The notes beneath the pieces are model-generated. The model was not told the origin of the DNA and made no database searches. It was given only the letters and a program-made list of their open reading frames with translations. The translations under genes were made by a program, and so were the position numbers. Below, piece by piece: positions 59,965-64,000 of a DNA stretch of 64,000 nt. How positions within the stretch are numbered: the first letter of the stretch is position 1; each line of letters begins with the position of its first letter. This DNA comes from Candidatus Sysuiplasma jiujiangense (lineage in GTDB: Archaea > Thermoplasmatota > Thermoplasmata > Sysuiplasmatales > Sysuiplasmataceae), in NCBI GenBank assembly GCA_019721075.1, contig JAHEAD010000001.1, positions 248,001 through 312,000 of the forward strand, given 5' to 3'.

Positions 59965-60954
59965 TCATGATGAAATGATATCTTGCTGATTCGTGGCTAT
60001 TTTCTTGGCTGCCGTGGTCAAGGCATCTCTCTCGGGTAACTCATTCAGGAACTTCAAGAGAATGTTATCCTTGATTTGACGATATAGGTTCCTTCTCTTG
60101 ACTTGATTCCGGCTGAAGACAAGTAGAGTGCTGTGACTGGTATCTGCACTTGCTTCACTCTTTCGCATCATACTTTGGACTGCCGTCCTCACTTCATCTA
60201 TGTCTGAAAGGAAGCTGACAATTTGTTTATCCCGGAACACTGTATTTTCCCTTGATTCCAGAATGGGGTCCAATTGCGGCTCCTCCTCTCTGTTCTTGGA
60301 TGCAGTATGCATGGCGAAATCAAGCAGCTCACGCTCCGGTGTCATCCTGCGTGGGCTGTAGTAAAAATAATACTCGGTGAGATCCTTTTCGACTGGAACC
60401 CTGCTCAAGTAGCAATAGCTTATAGCATGCTTGAGGTTGGGTATTCCTTCGCTTCTCATATCGCCAGCAAGAAGGGAGTCCACATCGGAGAACATCTCAT
60501 ACAAAAAATGGGCAATATCCCCATATTCCTTTTCACCTAATCTGTCCAACACATCACATAGGTCCTCATAATTTGAATCGAGTGAGCAATTCAGGCTAAT
60601 GTTCTCATAAATGGAGACAAAATCTCTCTCTAGACTTAGCACTGCACTTACGGGAATCTCTTCCTCTATGAATGAAATCTTCCCATCAATCTTCAAAATG
60701 GCATCGGGAATTTTGCGCAGTATTGCTTCGACGTCCTTGTCACCAACCTCCATCGTTTCGCCACCTTGAAATTTCGACGGTGCATATCGCCAAACAGAGA
60801 TGCCAGTCTCCTTGTATCCGAAGCGCATCGATAGGCGTTCTTTAAGCAGCTTGTAGAAGGATCCGATCAACTTGAGTCCGTAATTGTTCCGTCCATTTTC
60901 CCAAACCTGACTGTCTATGTCTGTGTTCAACTTCATGTATAACGCCACAGTCAT
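59965..60954 (-). CDS. Hypothetical protein
   Basis: About 330-aa ORF with no recognised motif. Confidence 0.65.
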   Translation of the reverse strand: MTVALYMKLNTDIDSQVWENGRNNYGLKLIGSFYKLLKERLSMRFGYKETGISVWRYAPSKFQGGETMEVGDKDVEAILRKIPDAILKIDGKISFIEEEIPVSAVLSLERDFVSIYENISLNCSLDSNYEDLCDVLDRLGEKEYGDIAHFLYEMFSDVDSLLAGDMRSEGIPNLKHAISYCYLSRVPVEKDLTEYYFYYSPRRMTPERELLDFAMHTASKNREEEPQLDPILESRENTVFRDKQIVSFLSDIDEVRTAVQSMMRKSEASADTSHSTLLVFSRNQVKRRNLYRQIKDNILLKFLNELPERDALTTAAKKIATNQQDIISS

Positions 60955-61046
60955 CTCCCTCCCGAGATGAGAAAATATAAATATCGTTTCATGTCCAACA
61001 CTCAAACTAATCCTCGAAGTTGTATTTAGCCTTTAAATGGTGGTTA

Positions 61047-61535
61047 TTAAAACTGATTGAGAGTTGTTCGATTATTTTTCCAGTAATCGCTGAGGTCATC
61101 CGACTTGATGACCCAAATATCCATTTCCACCCCTTGGATTCTCACTGGTCCGCCACGACGAGTGCTCTTGTTTACGAGTATGTGCTTTGTGGGACTCCGT
61201 TTATCAGATCTCTGTTGTTCGTATCTTTGGCCCAGCTTTCCCCACTTGCCGCTTGTAACGATGAGCAGATACCTCACATCCAGACCGTTCATCCTCGCTG
61301 CGTTGAAGGTAACACCCAATTGGTCAATTGCCGTATCAATGTGGCCAACGCCCTTCCTTTCAACAACAATCCAATGACATGTAGTATAATGCCCCATCGC
61401 GTCTGCCTTTCGCTTTCCTTGAAGCCCGAACCTTTTCTCGATGTCCTCAGGTGAAAGTATCTCATCGACATCGCCTTCAGTAGGCAGGGGAATTATGAGT
61501 CGCCTCAGTTCATCTGGGACGTTGTCCTTAGTCAT
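61047..61535 (-). CDS. Putative PD-(D/E)xK nuclease-fold protein
   Basis: KADAM...WIVVERKG...AIDQL. Confidence 0.55.
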   Translation of the reverse strand: MTKDNVPDELRRLIIPLPTEGDVDEILSPEDIEKRFGLQGKRKADAMGHYTTCHWIVVERKGVGHIDTAIDQLGVTFNAARMNGLDVRYLLIVTSGKWGKLGQRYEQQRSDKRSPTKHILVNKSTRRGGPVRIQGVEMDIWVIKSDDLSDYWKNNRTTLNQF

Positions 61536-61572
61536 CTGCGCTCCTTCCTCGCTATGATTGTTCTGTCCGAGT

Positions 61573-61719
61573 TCACTCCCACTCCACCGTCAACCTCTCC
61601 TTCTTCTGCGTCTGTCCTCCGGACAGCGCCTTCCGCACATACAGTGTTCCAATCACAGGGTCTGTGAATGTCTTCTCCTGGAACCTGTAGGTGTTCTTCG
61701 TGGCACGGTCGAGTTTCAA
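61573..61719 (-). CDS. 48-aa linker microprotein (module A)
   Basis: LKLDRATKNTYRFQEKTFTDPVIGTLYVRK...; about 80% DNA identity to 63262-63341. Confidence 0.55.
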   Translation of the reverse strand: MKLDRATKNTYRFQEKTFTDPVIGTLYVRKALSGGQTQKKERLTVEWE

Positions 61720-61734
61720 AGTCGAGATGGTTAG

Positions 61735-62814
61735 TCACGATCCCTTCTCCGAAATCAAGTGTTGAGCCAACTTAATCAATGCCTTTGTAACGATGATGAG
61801 ATATTCCGCGTCGGCGACCGAAATCTTCACTTGTTCTGGCGGATATGTTTTCTTGAAGTCCTCTATATGAAGGTCTATGGAAGCTTGATCTTTGAAACTT
61901 GTCCTTCCTTGCAACCTAGCGAATGCTCTACCCCATCGTTCCTTATAAGCAAAACTACTCTCACCAAGAGAAACCTTCAACGTCTGGTCCAATAAATCTC
62001 CAGCATTTCTGCAGTTAGCGCAAATACTCTTCGTATCCCATCTCATCAGAGATTTTTCTGCCAAATCAACGTATGCCCATGCATCTTTCAGCGTTCTTTC
62101 TCCCTTTGGAATCTCCACCACGAAGAATTCCCCGAGACCCAACACAGGAGCAATATCATTTATCCAGTCAGATGAAGCAATCTTGGCCTCGAATTTTGTC
62201 TCAAAATGCTCAACGCTAAGATAGCCAGCACCTTGTGTGTTTTGAGACGTATTGGACGAAAGTAGAACCAGATTGCCGCGAGGCTGCAGATATCTATCAT
62301 TTAGGTACGCGTAGAGCAAAAGACTGATGTTGTTTACGTCTGTGCCAAATGTTTTCGACACCTGGCTCTTGAACTGTTCGGATAGAGGCACGCTATCAAA
62401 AGGAAATTCAACAACGTACGACATTTGAGTTTTATTCAAAACATAATCAACCAAGACTTTAATATCAATCTTTACGTCGCCTTTTCTGTCGAGTCTCCTA
62501 CTTTCCTCGATGAAACTTAGCGATTGTCGGTCGAAAATAGCAACGGCGGAAATAACTTGCTCAACCTCTTCGAATTGTTCACCTATGTACCTTATCGCCT
62601 GAAGGGATGCGCCGCTGAATGAGACCTCGGGCATGAGCATCGCGATTGTTTTGTCTTGAATTGTAATCGACCCGCTCAGACTCAGAAGCGCTTCTTGGCT
62701 TCTGCGGTACCTCACACCAAAAGTGAAGCGTAATGCGGGTTTGAAATAATCGGTAGCCGCCAGTACGGATATGTGTTTTACATTCATCTTAGCACTCCCA
62801 TAACTCTCTTCCAC
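61735..62814 (-). CDS. Hypothetical protein with helical C-terminal (HEPN-like?) domain
   Basis: Beta-rich N-terminus and helical C-terminus; shares a motif with the 63381 gene. Confidence 0.65.
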   Translation of the reverse strand: MEESYGSAKMNVKHISVLAATDYFKPALRFTFGVRYRRSQEALLSLSGSITIQDKTIAMLMPEVSFSGASLQAIRYIGEQFEEVEQVISAVAIFDRQSLSFIEESRRLDRKGDVKIDIKVLVDYVLNKTQMSYVVEFPFDSVPLSEQFKSQVSKTFGTDVNNISLLLYAYLNDRYLQPRGNLVLLSSNTSQNTQGAGYLSVEHFETKFEAKIASSDWINDIAPVLGLGEFFVVEIPKGERTLKDAWAYVDLAEKSLMRWDTKSICANCRNAGDLLDQTLKVSLGESSFAYKERWGRAFARLQGRTSFKDQASIDLHIEDFKKTYPPEQVKISVADAEYLIIVTKALIKLAQHLISEKGS

Positions 62815-62830
62815 AATCGGCTTCCATCCA

Positions 62831-62920
62831 TCACTCCTCCAGCACCTCCTCAATCTTCTTCAGTAGCTCTGCCACCTTCTTCTTGGCATTGATTAACTCG
62901 ACGTTGTGTTGCTTGTTCAT
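62831..62920 (-). CDS. 29-aa linker microprotein (module B)
   Basis: MNKQHNVELINAKKKVAELLKKIEEVLEE; last 50 bp match 63218-63267 at 43/50. Confidence 0.5.
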   Translation of the reverse strand: MNKQHNVELINAKKKVAELLKKIEEVLEE

Positions 62921-62933
62921 GGCGTTGCCATCC

Positions 62934-63221
62934 TCATTGTTTTTTACGCTCTTTCCGTTTCTTAAGGATGTCACATAGTGTTGAATCCACACTTCTTGCG
63001 ATTAAAGCTGAGCCCCAGAGCATAAGAAATGCAGAGGCAACCACTACCGTCATCGCCGATAATGCTGCAACACAGTATGAGTTGAAGTGTGAGTTCTTGA
63101 CAAAGCCTATTGCGCTGTTGGCAAAATAATTGAAACTGAAGACGACTCCCGCGACTACAAGCCCTACGCCAAAGGAGTACTTGATTTTCGGAAGTCCACC
63201 GTTTTCGTCTTTACTCGTCAC
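62934..63221 (-). CDS. Small 2-TM membrane protein
   Basis: Two TM helices and a basic tail; GTG start overlaps the linker TGA. Confidence 0.6.
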   Translation of the reverse strand: MTSKDENGGLPKIKYSFGVGLVVAGVVFSFNYFANSAIGFVKNSHFNSYCVAALSAMTVVVASAFLMLWGSALIARSVDSTLCDILKKRKERKKQ

Positions 63222-63370
63222 CCCTCCAGCACCTCCTCAATCTTGCTCAGCAGTTCCGCAACCTTCTGCACATACAGCGTTACGATTACAGAGTCAGTTA
63301 ACGTAATCTTCTGGAACCTGCAGGTGTTCTTTGTAGCACGGTTGAATGCAAGGCCGAGTTGCCAATTCAT
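63218..63370 (-). CDS. 50-aa chimeric linker microprotein (module A + module B)
   Basis: ...NRATKNTCRFQKITLTDSVIVTLYVQK joined to VAELLSKIEEVLEG. Confidence 0.55.
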   Translation of the reverse strand: MNWQLGLAFNRATKNTCRFQKITLTDSVIVTLYVQKVAELLSKIEEVLEG

Positions 63371-63380
63371 AGTTTTACTC

Positions 63381-64000
63381 CTATCTGGTCTTCCCTTCCT
63401 TTGTGGCTTCATCGTTGATTACAACCTGTGAAAGAATCTTAGATAGATACTCCATCAGGGAGACCGTCATTCTGAAACCGAGCAATGCGTCCTGATATGT
63501 CGACAAATAAATTTCTCTATGGGCACCTATCTGTAGGAATTGATCAACCTTCTTCTGAAGATTCCCAATGCTCTCGATCAGATTCTTCTGTGCGCCTACG
63601 ATCTCGAAAATCCGCTCATCCTTTGAGGGTCTACCCTTCTCTGAATCCGACTTCTCGTTGATTGCTTTCTTTAGTTCATTCAGTTTGTTATTTAGATAGG
63701 GGTCAAACCTATCCCAGGAGGCTCTGAGGTCGGTAAGTATGTCTGAGGCGTCTGATTGCGGCCCGAGCAATAGTTTTTCATTGGCACTCTGAACCTTCTC
63801 AAAAACAGTGCTAAATCCTTCTAACTTAGGTCTCTCAATTTCCACAATCCATTTTTCTCCATAGCCAATATCAGCCAGAAATTTTGTCCATTTAGTTTGC
63901 GAAAATGACCACAAACCACCGAGTTGCAACGTTCCTGATGGATTTGGAGAGCCTGATCCTTGCCTTGTGTTGTCTGCACGAACTTCCTCATAGAAGCCCG
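63381..64000 (-). CDS. Hypothetical protein, 5' truncated by window; distant paralog of the 61735 gene
   Basis: Frame open to the window end; SQTKWTKFLADIGYGEKWIVEI. Confidence 0.65.
   Translation of the reverse strand, partial: GFYEEVRADNTRQGSGSPNPSGTLQLGGLWSFSQTKWTKFLADIGYGEKWIVEIERPKLEGFSTVFEKVQSANEKLLLGPQSDASDILTDLRASWDRFDPYLNNKLNELKKAINEKSDSEKGRPSKDERIFEIVGAQKNLIESIGNLQKKVDQFLQIGAHREIYLSTYQDALLGFRMTVSLMEYLSKILSQVVINDEATKEGKTR

Noticed and set aside
61532..61738. 68-aa ORF from the track (MTNHLDFE...)
   Set aside because: The alternative frame 61573-61719 is the one conserved with the 63218 paralog.
62891..62900. CGAGTTAATC, identical to an arm of the dif-like sites, inside linker B
   Set aside because: It is a single 10-mer with no second arm, which is plausible by chance.
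130..63431. Numerous antisense or nested ORFs in the six-frame track
   Set aside because: They are shadows of well-supported genes on the opposite strand or in another frame, and carry no motifs.

Overview
Archaeal chromosomal window. The host looks Thermoplasmata-like (inferred from the K-E-C-F-A-B-D-H-I A-type ATPase operon, PolD small subunit, TiaS and the Orc1/Cdc6 neighbourhood). Bases 1 to ~37,700 are core genome: ftsY end, a thiolase/acyl-CoA operon, cdc6 with an oriC marked by a perfect 25-bp inverted ORB pair, tiaS, a bacterial-type coaA, a cellulose-synthase-like GT2, the ATP synthase operon, DP1, serB and a decayed IS1634-like transposase. From ~37,800 to the window end is a composite mobile region with four parts. 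(i) A pleolipovirus-like provirus (spike/fusogen, several membrane proteins, P-loop NTPase). Its replication module is unusual: an SF1 helicase, a TGTTCCAA iteron origin, and a Rep-like protein ending in a GINS-B-domain-like module. (ii) A serine recombinase with a res-like site. (iii) A 5.8-kb nested island bounded by 165-bp direct repeats, carrying a tyrosine recombinase with dif-like sites, an HNH-like protein and a restriction-modification pair. (iv) A minus-strand array of cargo genes separated by repeated short linker ORFs, which runs off the window. All family calls come from motif recognition by eye; no searches were run. No rRNA, tRNA or CRISPR array was recognised.
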